From a virus (lineage: Duplodnaviria > Caudoviricetes), in IMG/VR virus record IMGVR_UViG_3300002307_000103, positions 1-40,908 of that record: a stretch of 40,908 nt of DNA. One strand, given 5' to 3'. Shown piece by piece: positions 8,726 through 18,628 of this stretch. Positions within the stretch are counted from its first letter, which is position 1, and every line of letters starts with the position of its first letter. The notes below the pieces were generated by a model. That model was given only the letters and a program-made list of their open reading frames with translations, made no database searches and was not told the origin of the DNA. Both the position numbers and the translations under genes were made by a program.

Positions 8726-10401
8726 AGTTCTATGCCTCCGAATGAATGGTGGGGTATCTCGGGCACATGCCCAATATCAATGCGCATGGTGCGCTGGTAC
8801 GCCAGCATGGACTTGCGGAACCGGGCCATATCGTCCCCGTTCTCAAACCACGAATTGTACCGTACTTCGTCAGTAGTATTACGCGCCATGATGACGTGTA
8901 TACCGACGATCCCTGTCTGGCCGGATCGGGCGAGGCGGGCAGTAGTTTGCAAGTACCGCTCCAGCGACCAGATCGTAGTAAACCAGATTAAAGTATGCCC
9001 GCCGAATTGCAAGTTGAGCCCGTGGGCCGCCGACTGCGGGTGTATTAGCAGGTTGGGTATTTGGCCCTTATTCCAGTCGTCGATTATGCGCTGGCTGTTC
9101 TTGCCCTTTAGGACCGAGTACGGGATACCCTCTTTCTTGAACCGGGCGGTGATACGCTCCAGATCGTGCGTGAAGTGGTACGGTATCAGCGCGTGCTGAT
9201 CCAGACTGTCGATTATTTCGACTAGCTTGTCCAGCTTACGCGTGTGTATTTCCTTCCACTCTCGTTTGCCGTACTCGTCAGTCGTGTACATCGCCCCGTT
9301 GCACATTTGCCAGCACATCATGGACTTGGCCCCGCCGTTGGCGGCCATGATGGGGTCTTTAAACATCTCCAATACTGCTTCCCGCTCGATACTGCGGTAG
9401 TGTGGGAGAATGTCGTCGGGCAGGTCGATGTAATGCTTTACCGGGGGTAGCTGCTGCGGTAGTACACCGTAATCTTCCCCCGCCAGTTCGACGGTGATAT
9501 CCGAAATAAGTTCGTGTATGCGTTCTTGGCCGCCTTCAAGTACTTCCCACTCTGGCCGGGCTTCATCCTCGTCGGGGTTCAAGACGTACTTGAACGTATG
9601 CGCTGCGACCTTCTTAGCCTTGCGGAAGAACCGGCCTTGGTACGTATCGAACGAGCGGTTGAGGCGTGCGCCGTGATCCATCAGATAGAACGGCGACCAT
9701 AGGTTCTGGAGACCGGATGGCGAAGGCGTGCCCGTAAGGATGGCGGACCTTTTAAAGCGTGGCGGGGGTACTACGGTGTTAAGCCCCGTCAGCGGGTCCA
9801 CCAGGGGTTTGCCGTCCGGCCCCTTGACGGTCACGCGCGTACCGTAGTTGGACAATACGCGGAAACGCTTCGCCCGGTTGTCCTTGAACATTGAGCTTTC
9901 GTCAATGATAAGTGCGTCGTACTGGCTCTCCCAGTCGGCCCGAATATACTTCTGCAACCACGCGAGCATTTCCGGGTTTACCAGGTGTATGTGCGCCGGG
10001 CGTTTCTGCGCAAACGAGCGCGTCTTTTCGTCGCCACGTATTAGCTGGAATGTTAGGTGCTTAGTATGGTGCCATTCCTGCGCCTCTTGCCGCCACACGC
10101 TCTCGCATACCTTGATGGGGGCAACCACCAGAACCGGGCGCGTGACGATCCCCAGGCGTATCCATTCCACGATAGCGGTAAGGGCGGTAACGGTCTTCCC
10201 CAGGCCGGGGTCAATGTGTACCGCCGTGCCATCAAACGTGTCGGACATAGGGAAGCCCGTAAGCCGGTCCCGCGCCTTGCGCCCGGTAAAAATCTTGTGG
10301 GCCGCGCGTAGCTGATACGAACGCATAGGCTTGCCGTCCGACACGCGGGTACGTGGCGCGGCCCAATCAAACGTACTTTCGGACAGTAGGTCGGGAAGCA
10401 T
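8722..10401 (-). CDS. SNF2-family (SF2) helicase
   Basis: Motifs DPGLGKT, IIDESS, LTGTP, AHGLNLQ and QTTARLARSGQ. Confidence 0.9.
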   Translation of the reverse strand: MLPDLLSESTFDWAAPRTRVSDGKPMRSYQLRAAHKIFTGRKARDRLTGFPMSDTFDGTAVHIDPGLGKTVTALTAIVEWIRLGIVTRPVLVVAPIKVCESVWRQEAQEWHHTKHLTFQLIRGDEKTRSFAQKRPAHIHLVNPEMLAWLQKYIRADWESQYDALIIDESSMFKDNRAKRFRVLSNYGTRVTVKGPDGKPLVDPLTGLNTVVPPPRFKRSAILTGTPSPSGLQNLWSPFYLMDHGARLNRSFDTYQGRFFRKAKKVAAHTFKYVLNPDEDEARPEWEVLEGGQERIHELISDITVELAGEDYGVLPQQLPPVKHYIDLPDDILPHYRSIEREAVLEMFKDPIMAANGGAKSMMCWQMCNGAMYTTDEYGKREWKEIHTRKLDKLVEIIDSLDQHALIPYHFTHDLERITARFKKEGIPYSVLKGKNSQRIIDDWNKGQIPNLLIHPQSAAHGLNLQFGGHTLIWFTTIWSLERYLQTTARLARSGQTGIVGIHVIMARNTTDEVRYNSWFENGDDMARFRKSMLAYQRTMRIDIGHVPEIPHHSFGGIEL

Positions 10402-10402
10402 G

Positions 10403-10693
10403 TTAGTTCATCTTCCCCGCTGCTTGCGCCGCCTTACCCGCCCGCACGGCGAGTTCCTTTAAAGTCTGCGCGTACCCGTCCATGACGTTCATCATGATGA
10501 ACCGCGACTTGTCGGCGTCGGTCATGTGCATTACTTCGGGCGCGGTCATGATGACGCCCGCAACCCGCAGGAGCGTCGCCGCGACCTCTACGGCGTTGTC
10601 CTCGGTGAGCGCCATCATGGCGACGGTCTGGAGCCGGTCGGATAGTTCTTTGAGCGGTTTGTTCGCAATAATTTTGGCGAGTTCATCGGCCAT
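10403..10693 (-). CDS. Hypothetical protein
   Basis: 96-aa helical ORF in the operon; AAGGA RBS. Confidence 0.65.
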   Translation of the reverse strand: MADELAKIIANKPLKELSDRLQTVAMMALTEDNAVEVAATLLRVAGVIMTAPEVMHMTDADKSRFIMMNVMDGYAQTLKELAVRAGKAAQAAGKMN

Positions 10694-11006
10694 CGGTACG
10701 TTCCTTGTTGCATAGGTCCATGAGGTATTCGTATATCTCTTGTACGTCTTCGTACGAGCTTATCGCGCGAGACCACACCTTGCAGCCTCGCCTACGCCAG
10801 TCGTTCGCGATAGTAGCTTGCAGGAGCCTCAAGTCCTTACCAGGGCGCTTGCACTCCGCAAACCACGGCACGCCCGGCGACCACAAAGGCCGCAGTATTA
10901 GGCGATCTGTGGCCCCGGCGGTGCCCTCGGTGACGAGCTTAAGCACTTTAAAGCCTTCGCCCTCTAGCCGGGTCTTGAGCCGCTTTTCTACCGGGGCCTC
11001 TTTCAC
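10683..11006 (-). CDS. VRR-NUC domain nuclease
   Basis: E...GATDRLIL...FAECKRPG...LQ matches the PD-(D/E)xK pattern; usual position upstream of the SNF2 helicase. Confidence 0.8.
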   Translation of the reverse strand: MKEAPVEKRLKTRLEGEGFKVLKLVTEGTAGATDRLILRPLWSPGVPWFAECKRPGKDLRLLQATIANDWRRRGCKVWSRAISSYEDVQEIYEYLMDLCNKERTDGR

Positions 11007-11335
11007 GACTTGCCCCGGTACGCGTCGAAGTACAGGGCCAGTGTATCACGCAGCGCGGGCGGACACGATACTTTGTGGTCCGCAAATAGTCCCTCGATGT
11101 GTTTCCAGGCGGACGTACCGAACGTCGCGCGCCAGACGATATGCGGCCCCTCGATTGGCGAGATTGACATAATGGCGTCGGGCTGCACCAGTATATTTGC
11201 GTACTGGCATCGGTACTCTTGCGCTTCGCGCTCGCACTGGACTTGCCACGCCTCGCGCTGCTGTTCGGTACCGGCGTACCACTCGGTTTCGGTGAGGGCG
11301 AAGCAACAGACGTTGCCCTGAACTAGACGTTTCAT
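11003..11335 (-). CDS. Hypothetical protein
   Basis: Starts immediately after the upstream stop and is ATGA-coupled to the downstream gene. Confidence 0.6.
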   Translation of the reverse strand: MKRLVQGNVCCFALTETEWYAGTEQQREAWQVQCEREAQEYRCQYANILVQPDAIMSISPIEGPHIVWRATFGTSAWKHIEGLFADHKVSCPPALRDTLALYFDAYRGKS

Positions 11336-11560
11336 TTAAAGTACATCCTTGCTGTGCTGTTTAATTTCGGTCTGTACGTCGCGCCAGAGCATACGCATTG
11401 TCGCCATAAACGTATCCTCTTCGCACTCCATCGGTAGTACGATTGATACGGTAAGCACTTCGTTATTTGCGCAAGCGCATCTGTACCGAAGTGTGACGGT
11501 GAGAGGCGCAAGTCCGGCTGCGTTATGTGGATTACCCGGTTTAGCAAGTCTATGTACCAT
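11336..11560 (-). CDS. Hypothetical protein
   Basis: 74 aa; exactly fills the gap between the polymerase stop and the next ATG (TAAATG at both junctions). Confidence 0.55.
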   Translation of the reverse strand: MVHRLAKPGNPHNAAGLAPLTVTLRYRCACANNEVLTVSIVLPMECEEDTFMATMRMLWRDVQTEIKQHSKDVL

Positions 11561-13714
11561 TTAAACGTACCTTTCCATTTCCGTGCCTTCGGCTTCGATG
11601 GGCAAGTCAGTTACCCACGCCTCCTGTTGGCACATTACTTGTACGAGGTGATCTGCGCTCCCGAAGTCAATCGGGGGCATGGTGACGTTACTGTCGTGTA
11701 CTAGCATAACAGTCGGGTATCCGGCTGCCTCGGCATTCAGGCCGCCCACGACGAGGATATCCCGCGCAATGGCCTGAACTATATTCTCGGTCATCTTACC
11801 GCCGTAAGTACTTTCGCGGTAGCTCTTGCCGTTCCATTCAGTACGGAACGAGAGTTGTTCGACCGTACGGCCCCAGCGGTTAACCAGGGACAGTTTCGGG
11901 CGGTAGTAATGCAGGCAACGCCCGCTCGGCAATTCGACCTTGAGCCAGTACCGCTCTTCGTCAATGTGCCAAGTATAGAACTTAACGCCCGTACCGCCCA
12001 ACTCGAACACACGGCCCGGCGAGGCGACAGCAGCCACGGCGCAAGCCTCGATGCGCGACCAAAGCTGCACGATCATCGGGTTCGCTTCGCGATACGCACC
12101 GATGGTTACTTTGGCTTCGTCCTCGGTGATCATGATATCCGAGTTGTCGCAGTACTCGACAAACTTCTTCGCGCCCAGGCCGAACCCGGCCCCCAGAACC
12201 GCCGACTTGGCGATCTGGCGCGGGCGCTTCATGAGCGGGATAACCGTACGCTTGCCGTCCACGATGGCGAACGCGCCGTCATAGTCGGTGGGAGCGCCTA
12301 GGGCCTCGCACGCGAACTTGATGTACGGGTCTTTCTTGGCGCGGAACGCGTCTAGCAGGTCCATCTGCCGCGCAAGCCACGCCAGTACTCGCGCCTCGAT
12401 CTGTGAGAAGTCGGCGTCAACGAATTTGTGGCCCAGCTTCGCTTTAACGAAGCCCTTCATAGATACGGATAGGGCGGCCAGGGGGCGCATAAAACGCCAC
12501 TCAGCGGCGTCCACCCACGCTTCCTTACCATCGTACAGGTTCGGGTCGGCCCATACGTTGCCCTCTAGGAACTCGAACATAAGCCGCGCCATCTTGGCGT
12601 CGCTGCGCTTCATGTTCCCGGTCTGAATACGCTTGTGCGACCAGCGCATTGTATGCGCCCCGCCGTACAGGTGGCCTCCGCGAGCGAACCCGTCCGGGTC
12701 CGTGCATTCGCGCATACGCTGGAGTTTCTTGATCGACGCCAGCGAGCAATCTAGGCGTATCTGGATCAGGTCTTGTAGGTCCGCCGGTAGCATATCCTCG
12801 GCGGGTATATCGGCTGCGACGAGACGCTTTAAAGTCTTCGAGCGCAGATCGCCTAGATCGGTGATCTCCTCTCGTTGCTGTAGATATTCCAGTACTCTAT
12901 CACGCTGAGTTGGGCGCAGCGCTGTAATCTCTTCGAAACGCGAAACTGCGCTATCGGTGAAGTACGCTGAGAAACGCTCGGCGCGTTCAACGCCTTGTAC
13001 GTCAATGGGTACTCCGCGTACGTTGATAGCAAAATCCCACTCCCAGGCAGCTTGCTCAAACGGCGGCAAGTCTGGTAGTACTGCGTCAACTTCGCTTTCC
13101 GCCTCGCCATCAATTTGACAGTACTCAAGGCCAATTTGCCACCCGGTCGGATTTTCTTCGGGCTCGTACCAGAGGTCTTTAACGACGCCCAGCTTTTTCG
13201 CGCCCTTGTACTTTCGTGGCTTGCAGAAGTCATTTATGAATTGCTTTCCGCGTTCATCTTTTTGCGTAATGACTTCAAGGTCGGACGCCGACCCATCGAG
13301 ACTAGCGCGCAGTCCGAAATAACGACTGCGCGCCGCAGTACACGACCACGCGACTGGCATCGGCCAGCCCCATTTTTGGTGACAAATATAGTAGTATATT
13401 GCCTGTTCAAATCGCGCGTTATGCGCAACGAATGTGTCGCCGCGTTCAATCGCGCGAAGGATAGCAGGCGGGCAAGGTACTTTAAAGGTCGCCCAGTCCG
13501 GCATAGGGTTTTTGGGGTAGGCATGTTGTGAGTATCCGGGTATGGCGAAGAAGTCTATGGTCTCAAACTTGGGTAGCACGCCCTTCGGTGCCGTACCTAT
13601 GGTTAGCATCAGCGGGGTAGTAGACCAGTGGCGCGCGTACGCGTGTTCGCCGAGCTTGATCAAGTCGATCAGACTGCGGCTTTCAAAGTCTAGGTGGGTC
13701 CGCTGGGGTTCCAT
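11561..13714 (-). CDS. polA: DNA polymerase, family A, with 3'-5' exonuclease (APSE/SPO2-like)
   Basis: ExoI LDFESRS, ExoII AHNARFE, ExoIII YCQID; motif A DFSQIEAR, motif B RQIAKSAVLGAGFG, motif C VHDS. Start placed at MEPQRTH. Confidence 0.93.
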   Translation of the reverse strand: MEPQRTHLDFESRSLIDLIKLGEHAYARHWSTTPLMLTIGTAPKGVLPKFETIDFFAIPGYSQHAYPKNPMPDWATFKVPCPPAILRAIERGDTFVAHNARFEQAIYYYICHQKWGWPMPVAWSCTAARSRYFGLRASLDGSASDLEVITQKDERGKQFINDFCKPRKYKGAKKLGVVKDLWYEPEENPTGWQIGLEYCQIDGEAESEVDAVLPDLPPFEQAAWEWDFAINVRGVPIDVQGVERAERFSAYFTDSAVSRFEEITALRPTQRDRVLEYLQQREEITDLGDLRSKTLKRLVAADIPAEDMLPADLQDLIQIRLDCSLASIKKLQRMRECTDPDGFARGGHLYGGAHTMRWSHKRIQTGNMKRSDAKMARLMFEFLEGNVWADPNLYDGKEAWVDAAEWRFMRPLAALSVSMKGFVKAKLGHKFVDADFSQIEARVLAWLARQMDLLDAFRAKKDPYIKFACEALGAPTDYDGAFAIVDGKRTVIPLMKRPRQIAKSAVLGAGFGLGAKKFVEYCDNSDIMITEDEAKVTIGAYREANPMIVQLWSRIEACAVAAVASPGRVFELGGTGVKFYTWHIDEERYWLKVELPSGRCLHYYRPKLSLVNRWGRTVEQLSFRTEWNGKSYRESTYGGKMTENIVQAIARDILVVGGLNAEAAGYPTVMLVHDSNVTMPPIDFGSADHLVQVMCQQEAWVTDLPIEAEGTEMERYV

Positions 13715-13728
13715 AGGTACGGGTCCGA

Positions 13729-13962
13729 CTAGGCGGCGGGGGTGAACGCGCCGGTGCGCATGAAGCACACCAGAGCGTCGCTCACGCCTTGGGCGTCAAC
13801 GGCGACGGCCTCCAGCGTTTGCGACACGCGCACCGCGCCCGTAGCGGGCTCCAGAAAGCGGCGGTTGCCGGTGAGAGCGAAGCCGTTGGAGACCTGCCGC
13901 GCCTGCACGTCCCGATGTTCGGTCGTACCGGCAACCGCCGCCTGAAACTGTTCGTTGTCCAT
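13729..13962 (-). CDS. Hypothetical protein
   Basis: AAGGGAAAG RBS before ATG 13962 (MDNEQFQAAV...). Confidence 0.6.
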   Translation of the reverse strand: MDNEQFQAAVAGTTEHRDVQARQVSNGFALTGNRRFLEPATGAVRVSQTLEAVAVDAQGVSDALVCFMRTGAFTPAA

Positions 13963-14028
13963 AGTACTTTCCCTTGCAAGGAATGGTGGGGGAGTATTTA
14001 GCCCGCTCCCTCGAACGGTCAACCGCCT

Positions 14029-14730
14029 TTAAAGGACGGTGTTACCGAACCCGCCGCCTGCCGCGATTGCGGGGGCGGATTGCAGCGGGTCGAATTGGGA
14101 CTTAGCGTCGGGCCGGACGTTGCCACCGATCCGCTCGCCGTCGCGCGCTTTCTGGATATTGTTAAGGCGCGTACTGATGAAGCGCTTGCCGCTGTACTCG
14201 GTACCGAACATGATACCGGAGATACGGGCGTCGCAGCCAGCGTAGAAGTCAGTCGGCAGCAAGTCCTCGTTGTACGGGCCAATCAGGCCGGGCTTGCCGG
14301 AGTACGTCACGCGGCCATCGGACCCGCGCGTCGGGTTGGCCTTGGACTTGAAGTTCAAATACACGCCGCCGAAGAGCATCTCCTTGCGCTTCGTATTGTG
14401 TTCGGGATTGTCGCCGTCGCGAAGGAACGGTTGCAGGTTCAACCACGCGTCGGTCGCCGCTTCCGGCCCCCAGGCTTGGTCGCGCGTCGTCCCGGCGAGA
14501 GTACGCAGCGGGATCAACTCGACATTCAGCATGGACTTGGGCCACCAGAGCGTGACCTTGTAATCGGCCTTTTGAATGCCGTTCTCGTCCATTACCGGCT
14601 TGGGCGGGTGACTGTCGGTCTCTTGCAGTTGCGGCGTGTCATGGTACGCGTACATGACCTTGCCGATGGGCGTCTGGAACTCGTTGAACGTAGGTTTCTC
14701 ACCGTTGTACGGCTTCGTGTAGATAGCCAT
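14029..14730 (-). CDS. Single-stranded DNA-binding protein, DUF2815 type
   Basis: FYAGCDARIS...LNNIQKARDGERIGG signature; lies between the DUF2800 nuclease and PolA; GGAG RBS. Confidence 0.8.
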   Translation of the reverse strand: MAIYTKPYNGEKPTFNEFQTPIGKVMYAYHDTPQLQETDSHPPKPVMDENGIQKADYKVTLWWPKSMLNVELIPLRTLAGTTRDQAWGPEAATDAWLNLQPFLRDGDNPEHNTKRKEMLFGGVYLNFKSKANPTRGSDGRVTYSGKPGLIGPYNEDLLPTDFYAGCDARISGIMFGTEYSGKRFISTRLNNIQKARDGERIGGNVRPDAKSQFDPLQSAPAIAAGGGFGNTVL

Positions 14731-14753
14731 GGTAGTTCTCCATTTGATACGTT

Positions 14754-15992
14754 TTAAAGGATGGTAGGGAGGGAAGTATCCGTTGCGGGGTCTATTACGC
14801 CGAACTCACTGCCCCGTTTGTGAGCCGGTCTCCCGTCGATGGCCTTTTCAAGTGTTAGGCCACTAGCGGTTTCTCTTATGTACTTCCCGACAAGGTTGTC
14901 GTATATGGTACGCCATGTACCATTCGGTAACGACGCTTGTCGGGCGTACTGCTTAATCAAGTCTTCGACGTGCTTGGGTGTACCGATTGACTTTAAAAGC
15001 TCTTCGTCAAGGAACCCAGCGCGTATGTGTTTCTGTAGATCGTCCTTCGCCCACTCCATGTTCAAGAACAGCCGTGAGGCCCACTCTACACCGATTGCGT
15101 CGCGTACCGCAAGAACCAATTCGCGGGGCTTGGTGATGGCACGCGACCGGCGGCCCTTGACCACCTTGTACCCGGCGATCTGGCGGTCCATGTTCATTAT
15201 CCGCTTCATGGCCTCGGTGCGTAGTTCTGTACGCCAGCCGCCTAGCTCGTCTGACGCGTCCAGGGCCGCGCCTAGGTCGTCGTCAGACATGGCCTTAAGC
15301 TCGCTGGTATGCCAGCCGAGCGACAGGTCGCTAAGGCAGTACACGCGGAACGCCTCGCACGCGCCACGATGGGGGCAGTACGTAGCCTTACAGTGGTGGC
15401 CCGCGACGCACAGGTCGGGTGTCTTTAAAGAGGCGAAGATGCGTTCGCGTAGGTCTGCCGTATCGTTAGGCTGCACAGGGTAATGGCGCAGCGGGCCGTC
15501 TATGTGATCGAAATTGGGCTGGTGGATGGTTATGTGGTACTGGTCGCGGGGGCCGTGCTTTGCGATAGCGCCCAGCAAGTACACTAGGCATTGCTCGTTG
15601 CGCTCGACTTCCACAGGCACGTACCCGCTCTTCTCGTCAACTACTTCGAGAAAAGATGGCGCCACAATAAGTATGTCAACCGTACCAAACTCGCCAGTTT
15701 CCGGTATGTCAAGGCGCTGCTCCACGTACACTCGGGTTTCGGGGCCGCCTTCCGCCACGCGGCGGAATACGTACTCTTTTAGCTTCTCAAGTTCTTCCGC
15801 CGCCGTGGCGTCCGCCGTAAGCGGGAGCGTACCGAACGTGATAAGGTCTTCCATAAGCGCGTGCCAATGGTCGCCCTTTAAAGACTGTGCGCTATCCTCG
15901 TTCGGGTACATAGCCGCGACAGTCGCGGAGAACGGGCACGCCAGCCAGCGTTTAGCGGCGCTAGGGGGCCGATTTTTGGCGTGTGCTGACAT
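14754..15992 (-). CDS. DUF2800 / Cas4-like PD-(D/E)xK exonuclease
   Basis: HAKNRPPSAAKRWLACP, FGTVD, VVDEKSG, QCLVY, HCKATYCPHRGAC (Cys cluster) and GYKVVKGR; GGAG RBS before ATG 15992. Confidence 0.85.
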   Translation of the reverse strand: MSAHAKNRPPSAAKRWLACPFSATVAAMYPNEDSAQSLKGDHWHALMEDLITFGTLPLTADATAAEELEKLKEYVFRRVAEGGPETRVYVEQRLDIPETGEFGTVDILIVAPSFLEVVDEKSGYVPVEVERNEQCLVYLLGAIAKHGPRDQYHITIHQPNFDHIDGPLRHYPVQPNDTADLRERIFASLKTPDLCVAGHHCKATYCPHRGACEAFRVYCLSDLSLGWHTSELKAMSDDDLGAALDASDELGGWRTELRTEAMKRIMNMDRQIAGYKVVKGRRSRAITKPRELVLAVRDAIGVEWASRLFLNMEWAKDDLQKHIRAGFLDEELLKSIGTPKHVEDLIKQYARQASLPNGTWRTIYDNLVGKYIRETASGLTLEKAIDGRPAHKRGSEFGVIDPATDTSLPTIL

Positions 15993-16017
15993 GGCCGTTC
16001 TCCGTACCGTACGCGTA

Positions 16018-16407
16018 CTAGATGATGGAGGCCGAAGCCGCCGGGGCCGGAGCGCCACCGCCCGTGAATTGAGCGATGACGGATTGGAACCGCTGGTACA
16101 GCTCACCGAACTGGTGCGGCTGCGTATCCGGCAGGGCGTTGATACCCATACCCCGCATCGCGGTTCCGAAAGCTTCCTTGATCGCCGGATTGGCGATATG
16201 GGGCGTGATCAGGCTCACGATGGTATCGGCGTTCACGCCCGCCGGGGGTGCCTGCACGGGGGTGTTAAGCCCCGCGACACCCGGCGGGCTGAGCGCCGGG
16301 CCAGCGGTCGCGGGCAGGCTGCCCACCGATCCCGACGACGGGATACCGCCGTTGCGGGCGATGGTTTCCAGCGCGAGCGCGATACGCTCAAGTTGTTGTT
16401 CGATCAT
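16018..16407 (-). CDS. Hypothetical replication-module protein
   Basis: N-terminal amphipathic helix IEQQLERIALALETIA, Pro/Ala linker and a small C-terminal domain; usual slot upstream of DUF2800 genes. Confidence 0.65.
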   Translation of the reverse strand: MIEQQLERIALALETIARNGGIPSSGSVGSLPATAGPALSPPGVAGLNTPVQAPPAGVNADTIVSLITPHIANPAIKEAFGTAMRGMGINALPDTQPHQFGELYQRFQSVIAQFTGGGAPAPAASASII

Positions 16408-16411
16408 GGTA

Positions 16412-18628
16412 TCAGCTTTCTTTAAAGTCTCGGGGAAGGGAATACCCCGCGCGGCCCTGCTCGATCAAGCCTTCAAACTTGAGCGTAGTAAGTACCTGCG
16501 AAATGCGTGAGCGGGATACGTTGGGTAGGATGGAGCAAAATTCAGCTTGCGCCATGTACGGGTGCCGTTCGAGTAGCTTAAGTATGCTATGCCGAACGTC
16601 TTGACGCGCGGCAGGTATCCAGCCGCCCCGTTGTGCGTCGAAGTTCATGTCAACGTCGAAGTCATGTGGAATGTCGCGACCCGACAAGTACAGTTTGCGT
16701 TCCTCGTTCTCCGACTGTACGCCGCGCTTGCCCTTGATGGACATTACGCCATCGACAGCGCCAGTAATGCCGGACGTGCCGGACACGTCTTCAAGAAAGT
16801 CGCCGCTCTCGGCGGACGCGAGACCTTTCTTTTCGTGGTGAACCACAATCACGCATACTTCGCGGCGTGACGCCATTTTCGTAATAGGCATCATTTGGTC
16901 GTAGTCGCGTTGGTACACGTCCCGGTTATTGCTGGCGTCCCGGAAGTGCGCGTACGTGTCGATGACGATAAGGCGCGTGAGCGGGTACATATCCAAGAAC
17001 TTGTCGATAGCGGCCACTCCCGCTTCCCCGCGAGGAAACGCGGCATAAGCCCGTGACGCCTCTTCGGGGTTACTGACAAACGCCTTGCCAGTAGACGGCG
17101 ATATATCGACGCCGCCGGTCCAGTACCGAAAGCCGCTAAGGTCGGGCGGGTTGAGGTCAAGAGTCTGTAAGAGCGCGACACGAGATTTAAAGCGTCTCTC
17201 GTTGTCTTCGAGCCCGAGGAATAGTACGTCGCCTTGCTCGCATTGCCAATCCAGAAACTTCCGTCCGCCGCATACGGCGAGACCAAGCTGGAGGGCGAGG
17301 AACGTCTTTCGCATTTTCGGCCTTGCGGCCAGAAGTATGTTACCCGTAGGTAGCACATCTTTGATGATCCACTTTTGATCTTTAAAAGTACGCTTCTGGA
17401 GGTCCGCCATCGTAGGGACGCGCCGGAAGTCATATTGCGGTGCGGTAGGTGTCGTTCCGGGTAGATTAGCAGGTCCGGTGCCGGGGTCAAGCCCCAAAGG
17501 GCCGCCCGGCGACAAAATATCAAACTCGCTGAGTGGTACCTTTAAAGTATCCGACAGGCGCTTGGCCGCTTCCACCTTGTCCTTGTTGAATACCAGATCA
17601 GCCAGGATGCCAACGGGGGTGCGGCGGCCCTCTGTGGCGTCTCCCCCGTCCGCAATGCCGAAGTACTTAATCCCCAGCGGCCAGGGGTGGATTGTAAGGT
17701 CTTCTTCGTAGTCTAGGCCCAGGTCGGCGGACGCGACCCGGTAGCCTTCTTTGTACTCACGGGCGGTAGGGAAGAATACGGGTACCCACTCCTTCACACG
17801 CTCCATGGCGTGATTGTTGAGGCCCTTGTACCGCTTCTCGTCGTCAGGGTACTCCAGCCGGTGCTTAGGCTGCGCACCGGGCTTAGGGGCGTCCACCACG
17901 TACCGCGCGTTCGCCCGGTTGAACGCCAGGATCATCGCCAGGGTGACGTTCTGGCGCTGGAGCGGCGCGGATACCATATACGCCTTACGGTGCGGGCGTG
18001 TGGGGATGTTGTCACCCTTGCGAGCCCAGGTACCCGGAAGCCGGAAGATGCGAGCGGCGTTGAAGGTGGTAGTATCGACGCTGCAACCGTCGCTTTTAAA
18101 GCGCCCGCCTAGCGTCTTGAGGAACAGGTGTACCGCGTCCCTAGTGGTATCGTCGTTAGCCTCGTCCATGGGGTACAGGACGTGAGCGCCGTTGCCGGAT
18201 ACGTTGATAAAGGGCCGGGGCCAGCCTTCCAGTTCTAGCATGTTGGCGATGGTGCTGGCGACTTTAAATGCTGCCGTAAGCTCGGCCTCGGTTGAGCTAA
18301 TACCGGACACCCGATCGGGGTCAATGTCGATCAGTAGCCAGGAGCGCCGCAGTATATGCGTGTCCATGGTCGTGAGTTTGGCCCACGGGGAAATCCGGTT
18401 GTACGAGCGCGCCGCCAGATCGGCGTCAACGGGGTTCGGCGTGTAGTAGATGCCGACGTATTGTTCTTGAAGCGCTGCGATGGCCGTAGCTGCGTGCGAG
18501 GGGTTATCAAAGTACCCGGCGTCAACGCGCTTGTTGTTGCCATGCAGCAAGCGAATTTCGAACACTTGGCCCGGCGGTACGAACGTCGCCAACGCCTGTT
18601 CAATCTCTGCGTACTGGTGCTGTGCCAT
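16412..18628 (-). CDS. Primase-helicase: N-terminal AEP-like primase/polymerase plus C-terminal RepA/AAA_25-type helicase
   Basis: LIDIDPD, SGNGAH and RIFRLPGT (AEP motifs); ARPKMRKT (Walker A-like), LGLED, IVIDT, VVHHEKK and SGTSGITGAVD. Start placed at MAQHQY. Confidence 0.85.
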   Translation of the reverse strand: MAQHQYAEIEQALATFVPPGQVFEIRLLHGNNKRVDAGYFDNPSHAATAIAALQEQYVGIYYTPNPVDADLAARSYNRISPWAKLTTMDTHILRRSWLLIDIDPDRVSGISSTEAELTAAFKVASTIANMLELEGWPRPFINVSGNGAHVLYPMDEANDDTTRDAVHLFLKTLGGRFKSDGCSVDTTTFNAARIFRLPGTWARKGDNIPTRPHRKAYMVSAPLQRQNVTLAMILAFNRANARYVVDAPKPGAQPKHRLEYPDDEKRYKGLNNHAMERVKEWVPVFFPTAREYKEGYRVASADLGLDYEEDLTIHPWPLGIKYFGIADGGDATEGRRTPVGILADLVFNKDKVEAAKRLSDTLKVPLSEFDILSPGGPLGLDPGTGPANLPGTTPTAPQYDFRRVPTMADLQKRTFKDQKWIIKDVLPTGNILLAARPKMRKTFLALQLGLAVCGGRKFLDWQCEQGDVLFLGLEDNERRFKSRVALLQTLDLNPPDLSGFRYWTGGVDISPSTGKAFVSNPEEASRAYAAFPRGEAGVAAIDKFLDMYPLTRLIVIDTYAHFRDASNNRDVYQRDYDQMMPITKMASRREVCVIVVHHEKKGLASAESGDFLEDVSGTSGITGAVDGVMSIKGKRGVQSENEERKLYLSGRDIPHDFDVDMNFDAQRGGWIPAARQDVRHSILKLLERHPYMAQAEFCSILPNVSRSRISQVLTTLKFEGLIEQGRAGYSLPRDFKES

